Origin: a virus
Taxonomy: Duplodnaviria; Caudoviricetes
IMG/VR virus record: IMGVR_UViG_3300044676_006230
Span: 1-33,400 of that record
Length of the DNA: 33,400 nt
Direction: 5' to 3' (one strand)
Shown here: one piece after another, positions 1 to 9,100 of the stretch
Layout: each line of letters begins with the position of its first letter
Position numbering within the stretch: position 1 is the stretch's first letter
The notes under the pieces: model-generated
Told to the model about the DNA's origin: nothing
What the model saw: the letters and a program-made list of their open reading frames with translations, nothing else
Database searches by the model: none
Translations under genes and position numbers: made by a program

Positions 1-17
1 GAGGCAGAGTATAGTAC

Positions 18-48
18 CACACCCCTCCCCCTTAGGGGGGAGGGTGTG
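18..48. repeat. Poly-C/poly-G hairpin, family A copy 1 (CACACCCCTCCCCC-TTAG-GGGGGAGGGTGTG)
   Basis: Inverted repeat with one bulged C, 3 nt past the stop of the last late gene. No U-tract on either side. Core shared with 23782..23813 and 30742..30782. Confidence 0.8.
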
Positions 49-51
49 TGT

Positions 52-327
52 CTACCACTTAACTTTGTTAGCCCAGTACGCAGCAGAGGTCTTGCCCTTG
101 GCAATGTTCTTACGGTGACGAGCCTTAAATGACTTACGCTTAGCCTTCATGCGGTCAGACTCACCAGACTTAGGCTTGCCTGCTGTACTCGCACCCTTCT
201 CGCCGAAGCGGATCATGCGAATCTTACCGCCAACCTTAACCAGTACAGCATGAGACTTAGTAGGATGTCCTGGTGTGCGCTTGGGCTTATTCAAGCCTGC
301 GAATGTCTCGCCCCTATACTTAATCAT
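52..327 (-). CDS. Small highly basic conserved phage protein (91 aa)
   Basis: K/R-rich ORF with motifs NKPKRTPGHP-KSHAV, IRFG, RKSFKARH and SAAYWANKVKW, recalled from a widespread uncharacterised phage family. ATGA overlap with the upstream gene. Confidence 0.85.
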   Translation of the reverse strand: MIKYRGETFAGLNKPKRTPGHPTKSHAVLVKVGGKIRMIRFGEKGASTAGKPKSGESDRMKAKRKSFKARHRKNIAKGKTSAAYWANKVKW

Positions 328-698
328 GACTTACTCTTTGAGGTACCGGCAGCTAAACCGTGACGTGAATACTGTTTACCCTTACGTGTTGCTGCTCGTT
401 TTTTTGCAGCTGCTTGGCGTAGCTTCGCCTTGCCAGACGAAGAACTTTTTAAGCGACTAATCTTTTTAGATGGAAGGTATACGCCCTTCTTCTTTCCGCC
501 TGACCATTTCCATTTCTGTTTGGTCCAGCGTGACAGCGACGTTTTCTTTTTGCCGCCAGCGTATCTTCCGCCCATCTGCTTGTAATACTTTACCGCAAGC
601 TGCATGGCTCGGGCGCTGTGCTTGCCGCCCATCTTTGCTCGAGCTTTTGCAACAGCCTGTTTCCATTTACCAGGATCGAGCTTCTTTGCGGTAGCCAT
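324..698 (-). CDS. Small highly basic phage protein (124 aa), possibly DUF5872-like
   Basis: Motifs SARAMQLAVKYYKQMGGRY, SLSRWTKQKW and YLP. GGAG Shine-Dalgarno (SD) upstream. Family name is from memory and unverified. Confidence 0.8.
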   Translation of the reverse strand: MATAKKLDPGKWKQAVAKARAKMGGKHSARAMQLAVKYYKQMGGRYAGGKKKTSLSRWTKQKWKWSGGKKKGVYLPSKKISRLKSSSSGKAKLRQAAAKKRAATRKGKQYSRHGLAAGTSKSKS

Positions 699-914
699 CT
701 ACCATCTCCACTTCATGCCTACGGTGCCTTGCCAATCGGTGGCTTCTCCCCAGGCAGCGCCTGCTGATAGCTGCGCTGTGAGGTCGAAGTCTCGTCCGAG
801 CGTATGTCTAACAGCAGCACCAGCATCCCACCGATGATGATTCCCACTAAGAGAAAGATCAAGGCCGCCGCTATCGCCAGGACGTAGTATAACAGGGGGT
901 ATTATTCTGAGGGC
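699..914 (-). CDS. Start-less -1 frame extension of the holin-like gene; YadA-anchor-like outer-membrane beta domain (71 aa)
   Basis: Open frame ALRIIPPVILRPGDSGGLDLSLSGNHHRWDAGAAVRHTLGRDFDLTAQLSAGAAWGEATDWQGTVGMKWRW*. It fills the gap exactly, its TAG (699..701) abuts the next ATG (698), and it is entered at A_AAA_AAG (920..914). Confidence 0.7.
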   Translation of the reverse strand, partial: ALRIIPPVILRPGDSGGLDLSLSGNHHRWDAGAAVRHTLGRDFDLTAQLSAGAAWGEATDWQGTVGMKWRW

Positions 915-1123
915 TTTTTTGCAGTGGAAGCGGCTGCCTCCAGGGCAGCCCGCTTCTGCTTAGCTACATCTTCCATGCTGATACCCATCACACCAGACAC
1001 AGCACCAAGTACTGAAGCAAGGATGGCTTCGGTCGGAAGGCTAGGGAAGAAGTGCTTAGCTAGCACAGGGAGGAGAGCTGCCAATACAGACAGCCACAGC
1101 TTACGACTCTTCATCTTATCCAT
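902..1123 (-). CDS. Holin-like small membrane protein (73 aa)
   Basis: Basic N-terminus KSRKLW, two hydrophobic segments, charged C-terminus, GAGGA SD, and position near the endolysin. Confidence 0.7.
   Translation of the reverse strand: MDKMKSRKLWLSVLAALLPVLAKHFFPSLPTEAILASVLGAVSGVMGISMEDVAKQKRAALEAAASTAKKPSE
914..920 (-). promoter_or_regulatory. -1 ribosomal frameshift slippery heptamer A_AAA_AAG
   Basis: Codons gcA AAA AAG lie in the X_XXY_YYZ register of the holin frame, three sense codons before its TAA. Same heptamer as E. coli dnaX and IS911. A GGAGG ends 16 nt upstream. Confidence 0.65.
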
Positions 1124-1148
1124 TAGTATTTATCCTCTTTAAAACTTT

Positions 1149-1604
1149 TCATTTTTTCTTTAGCCGTTTTCTTTTTGCTCGCTCAACTGCTTCTTCAGCG
1201 AACTTTTTAGCTTGTGCTTTAGAAACTTTCTTCATCGGAAAGCCCTGTGCTTTAGATATTGATGCTGCATTATAAGTTTCGTCATAAAGTTTCTTGTCAG
1301 ATTTAAGATTCTTTTTCCGTTTGTTTGCTGCGCGCTTGAGATTCCGAGCTACACCTTTAGCCTTTCGGGAGGCTCGCACTTTTTTAGCGAGAGCAACACC
1401 GGCCTTAGCCGCTTTAGAGCCCACTCCAAGCGCCCCGCCAACGGCAGCAGCAGCAGCATGAGAAGCAACTTCTTTACCTACATCTTTGGCTGTGCGTTTA
1501 ATGTTTTCTCGATCAGCTTCCTTGCGAGCCTTCTTTGCCGTTGCTCTTACTCGAGCTTTGCGTGCTGCGTATTCTTCTTCGCTGTCACTTCGTAGCTTTG
1601 CCAT
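1149..1604 (-). CDS. Basic Lys/Ala-rich hypothetical protein (151 aa)
   Basis: ORF in the late operon, TAATG-coupled to the upstream micro-ORF, with a central AAAAAVGGALGVG hydrophobic patch. Confidence 0.75.
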   Translation of the reverse strand: MAKLRSDSEEEYAARKARVRATAKKARKEADRENIKRTAKDVGKEVASHAAAAAVGGALGVGSKAAKAGVALAKKVRASRKAKGVARNLKRAANKRKKNLKSDKKLYDETYNAASISKAQGFPMKKVSKAQAKKFAEEAVERAKRKRLKKK

Positions 1605-1696
1605 TAGTAACCAACCTCTTTTTTCTTTTTCTTTTTAGTAGCTTTTAACCGAGAGTTAACAGCTTTCATTTTTAAATTGCTATGATAACCAGGCAT
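1604..1696 (-). CDS. 30-aa basic micro-ORF MPGYHSNLKMKAVNSRLKATKKKKKKEVGY
   Basis: Below the ORF-track cut-off. TAATG stop/start overlaps at both ends fill the gap exactly. Confidence 0.65.
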   Translation of the reverse strand: MPGYHSNLKMKAVNSRLKATKKKKKKEVGY

Positions 1697-2079
1697 TATT
1701 TACTCCGATGATCCCAGCGTGCTGGGGTTAATCTAATGTCGTAATGAGTGAAGGAGTTGTACCTACCTAGCCCCCCATTGGGAATGCGATTGTGTTCCAT
1801 CAAGCCAAGGATCGTATCTTGTAGCTTGTCTGGCGTAAGCTCTGTGGCAACCAGGTCTGCTGCCATGCTCTCAAGGTGTAGGCTTTGCGATGCTCCGCCT
1901 ACCTTCTTGTTGTGCTTTGGGCATCGGTACGCACTGTTGATCTTTAGTGGTCCCACTAGATCCCTGATACGTTGCAGTTCCCACGCCAGATGGCGTGCGG
2001 TATGCTCGTTCCCAATGGTCCCGCAACACTTGCAGCGGAACTCGATCGGGCTGAAGTTCGGAGGCCAGCCGGGAGTCAT
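1696..2079 (-). CDS. Endolysin, peptidase M15 family (Peptidase_M15_3-like Zn peptidase)
   Basis: FSPIEFRCKCCG, INSAYRCPKHNKKVGGASQSLH-x6-D and GLGRYNSFTHYDIR give the typical H/D/H zinc ligands. Confidence 0.92.
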   Translation of the reverse strand: MTPGWPPNFSPIEFRCKCCGTIGNEHTARHLAWELQRIRDLVGPLKINSAYRCPKHNKKVGGASQSLHLESMAADLVATELTPDKLQDTILGLMEHNRIPNGGLGRYNSFTHYDIRLTPARWDHRSK

Positions 2080-2357
2080 CAGTATTCCACAAGGCTATAG
2101 ACTGCTGAGTTAGTAGCGTCGTTAAGATAGACCGTAACACCGGGCTGCATGCCTAGGGTAAGCGCCGCTCCTGGCTGGAGCAGAATACCTGTAGCTGCTG
2201 CGTCAGATGTGCCAACGTACATGTTGACTGGCCCGTGGTTTGATACAGTTACGGTGCCATCTCGCCCGACAATTTCATCGTGACCACCGGCTACAGTAGC
2301 TTTGGTTGTCTTAGTAGAAGATGACCAGACGGGGTTGTTCTTATTTAAAAAGCTCAT
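2079..2357 (-). CDS. Small beta-rich probable virion protein (92 aa)
   Basis: Start moved to ATG 2357 (GAGGA SD, ATGA overlap). Pattern VSNHGPVNMYVG...GILLQPG suggests a small jelly-roll-like fold. Confidence 0.7.
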   Translation of the reverse strand: MSFLNKNNPVWSSSTKTTKATVAGGHDEIVGRDGTVTVSNHGPVNMYVGTSDAAATGILLQPGAALTLGMQPGVTVYLNDATNSAVYSLVEY

Positions 2358-2428
2358 TGCTCTTCCTCTGGCGTCCATTCAGGTGTCGCCATAATAGTTA
2401 GTGTTTCATTGTGATCGTGGTTACTCAT
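2354..2428 (-). CDS. 24-aa micro-ORF MSNHDHNETLTIMATPEWTPEEEQ
   Basis: ATGA overlaps with both neighbours. Resembles, from memory, the C-terminal H-x-E-x-L-x-I-M-A-T-P-E-W-T motif of small phage proteins found next to LamG genes. Confidence 0.55.
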   Translation of the reverse strand: MSNHDHNETLTIMATPEWTPEEEQ

Positions 2429-3069
2429 GGGTGCGCTGGCTTTCCGGCGTTGTAATCTCTTAGAATCTCGTCGGCGCTTAGCGCTCTGCTGTAAGCGCGC
2501 ACGGTGTCAATTTTCCCGTTATAATGACCGCCTAAGCCGTTGCCTATAATCAAGCCCTGACCTGCTGCGGCGTAATTGCTAGGCGTTACCGTAGCATTTA
2601 AGGCGCCATTGACATAGCCGGCTAAAGTAGCGGGCGAGCCAGGAACCCAAACTAGAGCGATGTGGAACCAGTCGCCGCCAGTCATTGCAGGCAAAACGCC
2701 TAGGTTCGCTGAAAAAGGGAAAGATGTAAATTCCACGTCGCCGCCTGCTGGACTATCTCGCAAGGTCCAGCCGTTGTTGCCGCTCCTCGTAGTGAATAGG
2801 TCCATCCCTGTAGCGGCTGAACGCGTGACCCAAGCCTGCAAAGTCCACGTGCTTGTAGACGGTAGCAATGGAGCCTCTAGTGCTGTGACTACTTCGGTGT
2901 CGGTTCCATTGAATTGAAAGTCAGAGTACAACGCAGCGTTGTTAGCCGTGCCGTTCTCGCCATTCACAGTAATGTCATTCCAAGTTGTCGACGCAGGCGT
3001 AGCGCTTAGGCGCTCAAGCCTAAGCGCTGCGTCACCGGTAGGTACTGGCTGTAGAAGAAACGGATTCAC
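2425..3069 (-). CDS. LamG / concanavalin A-like lectin domain protein (possible receptor-binding or decoration protein)
   Basis: TWTLQAWV, WFHIALVW, YVNG, LIIG and YNGKIDTVRAYSRALSADEI match the Laminin_G_3 pattern. GTG start overlaps the upstream TGA. Confidence 0.88.
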   Translation of the reverse strand: MNPFLLQPVPTGDAALRLERLSATPASTTWNDITVNGENGTANNAALYSDFQFNGTDTEVVTALEAPLLPSTSTWTLQAWVTRSAATGMDLFTTRSGNNGWTLRDSPAGGDVEFTSFPFSANLGVLPAMTGGDWFHIALVWVPGSPATLAGYVNGALNATVTPSNYAAAGQGLIIGNGLGGHYNGKIDTVRAYSRALSADEILRDYNAGKPAHP

Positions 3070-3188
3070 TTCTTCTTCTTCGGCTCAGCTTTTTTCTTCG
3101 CTGCTTTTTTCTTTGGCGCTTCAGGCTCGGGAACCTCAACCGTTACCGGAGTAGCAGCGGGTCCAACATAAATAACTTTAGTAGCCAT
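3066..3188 (-). CDS. 40-aa micro-ORF MATKVIYVGPAATPVTVEVPEPEAPKKKAAKKKAEPKKKK
   Basis: ATG 9 nt after the stop of the giant gene, GGGA SD-like sequence, GTGA overlap with the LamG gene, histone-H1-like Lys tail. Confidence 0.7.
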   Translation of the reverse strand: MATKVIYVGPAATPVTVEVPEPEAPKKKAAKKKAEPKKKK

Positions 3189-3197
3189 AACTTATCC

Positions 3198-6100
3198 CTA
3201 TCTGTTTCGGACCTTAGCCCGTCTGTTAATTGCTTTCTTCTCTCGATCAACTTCTATTTTTACAGCAGCTGCTCTTCGCCTTGCTGCCTGCGCAGTCTCA
3301 CGAGTTGTTTTAACTTTTTCTCTAGCCGCTTCTATCCCAGCCCTTCTAGCTTTAAGGCGGCTTTCTTTCTCGTCAGACTTAACTGCTTTCTTATAAGCCT
3401 TCTGTCTTGTGTCGTAAGTATCTATAGCTTCATAATAGTTTTGAAGCGCTGTTACAATTCCCCCTTGCGGGTCAGTAAGATGAGCTTTGATTACGCTCTT
3501 TAATTCATCAAGCTCATTTTTTTCCTCTTCGTCCCTTGCTGTCATAAGCTTAGGCTTAAGAGGGTCTGCCGCAAATGCCCTTGGAACGTCTAAGCCAGAC
3601 GCTTCAGTGACACCTTCATACAACGTGTCTTCTAGGCCCTTGGTGAATGTATCAATTGCTTTGTTGCGAACTTCTTGGCTCACCTTACGAGGATCAATAA
3701 TTCTTTTTTCTCTAAGGCGTAGATTAAAAATGATTGGCCAAAAGTTATCATTTAAAAGTTTGCTTTTCTCTTCGGCCGTCATGTCTTTCCACTGCCCCTC
3801 TTGCTCTGAGGCAAGGCGCTCTTGCATGATTGGCTTGTAAACAGATTCGTCTGAAGATGGGCTCATGTCTGTGTGCTTTGTAAGCAAGGCGTTAAAGAAC
3901 CTGCTTTGATCCTTACCAAAAACCGTAGCTAAGAAACGCTGCTGTGTGCTTCCGTGTCCAAAGTCTTTGTTGTAATCAACAAGGAAGCTGCCAAGCACGC
4001 TGCCACCAAAGGTCATGAGATCAAGAAGCTCTCTTGTCTGACCCCGCTCTTTGGCTGCGACCTGAGCAAGCATGGTTTTGCCAAACTCATTAAGGCTGTC
4101 GCCCTTGCCACCAAATACTTTATCTGCCTCGGAAGCCAGCCACGCCTGCATGCCAAGCGCATAGTTTAAAAGACTAATAGTTGTGTCGTAACCATTGGCA
4201 TTAGACCAACTAAAGTAACGATAGAACCCAGGCTTCTCGCTCTTAGAGGGAAGAACAGCACCCATTGTATTAGCGTCACGCCGGAACTTGCTGTCCTCTT
4301 GCAGGGCTTCTGACTCTGGATACCTCATGCTTTGAAAGGCTGTCATTACCATGCCACGTCGAACACCTCGAAGGGTCTGGTTGTAGCTTCTATTAAGCAT
4401 AACCTTTTTGCTGTTGGTAATTACATCGTTATCAAAGAAGGGCTCAAAGATAGTGCTTGCTGCTAAACCTTTTTTGCCAAAGCCATCGACAGCAAGGTAT
4501 GGGAAACTAATAAACTGACTAAAGAATAAAGATCCTAGTGCGCCAAAGCCCCCGCTTCGGACCATCTCAATAAAACGAGGAACGTTTCTGTAGTTAAAGA
4601 TCCGACCTGAAACTTTTTGTACAGCATGAGAAGCCAGCACCTTGCTTGTGAAGTCATCAACTCCTTTGCTCTTTAAGTCAGAGTAAGTTTTCTTACCCTG
4701 CTTTGATAGCTGATAGATTCCTTTGTTGTCTTTGTAGAACGTTGTGTATCCCTTGCGAGAAACACGGAAGGCCATTGCTGAGCCAGGCTCCATAGCCTCG
4801 AGCATTTGTCTGCCCTCTAGGTACTCACGCAGAACCTCAGCCCTTCGTGGCGCTGCATCCCCATGCTTATACATAAAGTCCTGGAGCTTCATAACGCTCT
4901 TAGGTGCTGATACAGCGGCGTCAAAAACATTAACCCCTATCTCACCGGCTCGGCTTTTTTCGATGCCTAGTTGCGCACGGTTAACTGATCGCTGTGCTGC
5001 TGTGCCAATCTCAACATTGAAACTATCCATTGCATCTAGTGCTGTGTTTGCACTGATAGACTCAACGGCCTCAACAATATCCCTAGTCTCTTTGCTAAGC
5101 TTTAGCTTTTGCGCAGCGCCTAAAAACCCATCAGGGTTTTTGGCGTGTGCGTAAAAGAGGCGCTCTGTTCTGGCAATGCGCAGCCCAAGGCTTGCCATGT
5201 CCTCGCCGGTGGTCATTCCAATAGCTAAACTGTTACCAACAATATTGCCTAGCTGGGTAACGGCTGAGCGAACAGTAAGGCCAGCTTTCATGATCGACGT
5301 GCTTTTACCCATCATGCTTTGCATGTCTCTTGAAAGTTTTGCATCCCAAGCTACGCTCTCGAGAAACCCTTTGTTCATTGGGATACTAAAGATACGATCA
5401 GTAGATAAACCTTGGGGCGAAACCTCGATCTGAGAATCTAGAATATTAGGCGAATCGGTTACGCCAAGATCCTTACTAAGTTCAGTATATATCCTACTGG
5501 TTAGAGGCATAGCCTCTTGGATTTCTTTTTGAAGCGCTGATGCTTGTGACCGCTCAGGCTGCCCTATCTTTTCAAGCAAAGCTAACAACGGGTTGTCGCT
5601 CTTTGTTTTTAGTTCTTTGCTCATGTTGTTTAAAGAGAAGGTGTTTTCTTCCATGTCTCTAATAAACGTACCGACGGGGCTGGATTGCGATATTGAATCC
5701 AATCCACCAAAGGCGCTTTCAATCTGATCTTTAGTTAACCGAGGAGTATAAGCTGTCTTGTGTTTTGCGTTGTGCCTTTCAACCACCTCGGGAGTAACTA
5801 CTGCATAGCTTTCATTGTATTTATCTTTAAAGATCTCTTGAAGATCATCGTGATAGTTCTGCTGTATAGCATCAACAAACTCATCAAACTTTCCGCTGTG
5901 CGAATCTAAGATCTTACCCTTGTCTACATAAACAATCTTTGTAGACATCGGCTCTTCAGCCAAGGCGTACACTAGTGACATAGGCCGGGCTTCGTTTCGG
6001 AACACTGTTCGATAAGTGTATTTAGCAAGAGCCTCTAGCGGTGTGTCTGAGTAAGCAACTTTAAAGCGATCCATTTCATTGTTGTTCATCGAAACAAAAG

Positions 6101-9100
6101 CGCTAGCCTTGGCCTGTGATTGCAACCTGCCTGACAAGTTACGTGCTGCATCTTGCATGATTAGAAGTTTGGTTTGCTCTGATTTGATTTCATCAAAACT
6201 TTTTTCAATGATGCTAATTAGATCAGCAGTAGCAAGCGTTACATCGCCTGACATAAACTCAAACTTTGTCGGCATGCTTGCTAGCATACGAGATGCGTTA
6301 ACTGTTCCTTTTGAGAACCTGGCTGCTGGTGGCGCTCCACTAAAAGGCAATGCGTATTCAGCTAAGAACTCAGTAATGTTATTTTCTAGTGTTTGCATCT
6401 CGGTATTAGAAAGGCCTTTGCGTTTCTTTCCAAGGGCGTCAGTTGCATATGCAGCAACAAGCTGATCACTAATGTTTTTTGCTACATTGTTGCTAACGTG
6501 CTTTCTAAATGCAGGGCTCATAAGCAAGGAGTTACCCTGGTTAAAAAGCTCCATAACATTGGCAACAAAAGCATTCCGCTCCATTTCAGAGCGACCAAGC
6601 TTTTCCATCTTCTTTGTGTAGCGAAGCATCTTGGCATCAAAGCCCCTGCTCCACGGACGAACAAGCCTAACGACCATTCGCTTTGAGGGGCGTTTTGTTC
6701 CGTCAGCATCAATAATCATTGAAGCATTAGTTACAATTGGGCTGTTCATAAACGCCCGCTCTTTTGCTTCAATCCTGGTCTCGCCAGTAGACTTAACAAT
6801 ACCTGGGCCATGCGACTCTTGCATAAGGTGCATCGCATTAACCTGCCGATACAGCGCATACTTTTCAGCAGGACTTAAGTCTGACTCATTAATTTCTAAT
6901 AGAGTTTTTCTAATTGGAATTGTTTCGTTGTTGTCTACTTTTTGCTGGAGCTTATAGATTTCTTTCTTGAATGTTTTCTCAACATCCTTTGGCATCTTAG
7001 CTACAGGGTTAGTAATTACATCAGCAGCTTGCGCTGCAAAATACTCACGAGTACCAGGGGTTTTAGCATTAACTTGCTGAGCTTCTGCTAGTTTTGTTTC
7101 TAATAACCGGCGCGTCTTTTGCATGTCACGAAAGACAACTTCAGCAGCAATTGCTGCATCAACAGCTTCCCTTGGTTTTTCTGACCTAGAGCGATACCAA
7201 TCAGAATCTAAATAGTAATTACCGTCTAAACGGCTAAGACCAAACGATCTAGCAAGCGCTCCCTTTTGAGGATCTTTTGCCATTTGAACAGAGCGCTCTT
7301 GGCCGGCCGTCTTGCGCATAAACATATTAGGACCGTACTCATCAAAGCGATCAAAGCGACCGTCTTCCCTAATTCCAAGCGCACGATCTGCGATTGAATG
7401 CACAGACCCTTCTTCAAGCTCTTCAATAGATCGAGCTAGAATAGAAACCCTATCGTCCAATGCATTAGCATAAGCCTGTGCAGTTTTAGGTCTGCCTGCA
7501 TCAGTAGATGCTTCGTAGTTTGCTTTGAGTTCTGCAACAGCCTTATCAAGCTTGGTAAAAATACCAGTCTTCTTATTGGTAAAAGCTTCTTGAATTACCG
7601 AAAAGGTGCCCCGAGAAACAGACATAAGCTCTGGAACAATCTCGCCTTCGACAAGGGCCTGTAGCTCATCACTAATTGTTTCAAACTTAGCACTAAATGT
7701 ATTTGATCGCCGGCTATCAGCTATTTGTTGCGAGACATCTCTAAGCTTTTCAAGCAGTGGCCTCTTAACATCTAACGGCAATTGCAACCGGGCGACCTGT
7801 CCATAAACACTAGAGATAGGGATAAGCGCTCTGTTGATTTGTTTGTAGTCCGGCCTTGCTGATCGAACCTGGTTAATAACAGCATCATACATACTGTCTA
7901 CTCGGCTCTTTAGTTTATCGAGATTCTTTTCATCCCCAGATTTTTTGGGTTTTGTTTCTGCTTTAGGCTCTTCAGCCTTTGCTTTTTTAGCTGGCTCTTC
8001 TGCTTTTGTTTTCTTCGGTCGCTTATCAAATTGTTTAAGCTGGACAGGTGATTCGCCCTTCTTTGTTTTTTCTAAGCTAACAAGCGCTTTGTTTAAACGA
8101 TCGACATTAAAGTCAGCTTTTTGCCCACCTTCGGTTTCAATGTACTTGCGAAGCATTCGCACAATACTAGCCACCGGTCCCTTGCCAGGAACAGCCTGAG
8201 TCATTTGGCTTAGGGCTGCTTCAATCTTTGAATCGTAACCAATAACGCTATCTGTTGGAGCGTCTGCTTGTGGCTGTTCTTTCTTTAAACGCTTTTCGTA
8301 TTTAGCTAGCAGTTTGTTTGCCAGCACCTCTTGAGTTGACTTCTTAAACTTAAAGCTTGGTTTGCTCTGTTTAGCGCCGCTCGCCTTAAAGCGAGCGAGC
8401 GCTTCCTTCGCTGTTGGCACGTCTCGAGTGCCACTAAAGCCATAAGTAACAGACTCACCATCAGGACCAGGAACAGTTACAGATAAAGCCGGCTCTGTTG
8501 CGCCTTGCCTTTGAGTCTTTTTAAGACGGTAGGCTTCTTCTGTTTTAGGATCATACTGCTGAAGCTCTTCAAGAACTTGTTGTTCTGTAAGGTCTTTAAC
8601 TTCTTTGCGGGCTTTCTCTAGTTTTTCCTGGCTGTCTCGCTGTTGCTTGCTGCCTCGCTCAGTATCACGAAGACGAATAGTGCGATCTCGTACTTGCGCA
8701 TTGTTGAGTTCAGACCGGGCACGCCTAATGTTTTCGTTAACCTCTGCTAGCTCTGCTCGATCAACACTACGCTCAACTTGCTCAAAGCTGCGAGGAGATC
8801 CTTCATCCTCAAAACCTTTTATTGGCCTACGGTTAGACTGTCGAATCTGTGATTCTAATTCATCACGACGACGAATTAAACCATCAAGCTTTTGCTGAGC
8901 TTCAGGAACACCTTTGTCTTTTCGGCGCTTAAGTACCGTTAAGATGTGCTGCACTTTGTCAGCGTTTTTCCTGATAGCAGGCCGGGCTTTTGTTTTCTTA
9001 AAGCTTATTGCAGGAGACTGTTTGGCAGCAAGCTCATCAAGCTCAGGGCTTGTCATCTTAGCTAGCTTACGCACAAAAGACAGTCGACCTGTATCCTCTT

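Noticed and set aside
719-901. Frame-0 read-through after the holin TAA would give a very hydrophobic 60-aa extension (YPLLYYVLAIAAALIFLLVGIIIGGMLVLLLD...)
   Set aside because: The hydrophobicity is the expected shadow of T/C-ending codons in the -1 frame. TAA is rarely read through, and the -1 frame has the slippery site and ends flush with the next gene. Not fully excluded.
2425-3069. Diversity-generating retroelement target in the lectin-like gene
   Set aside because: No reverse transcriptase and no template/variable repeat pair seen. The domain is LamG-type rather than the usual C-type lectin target.
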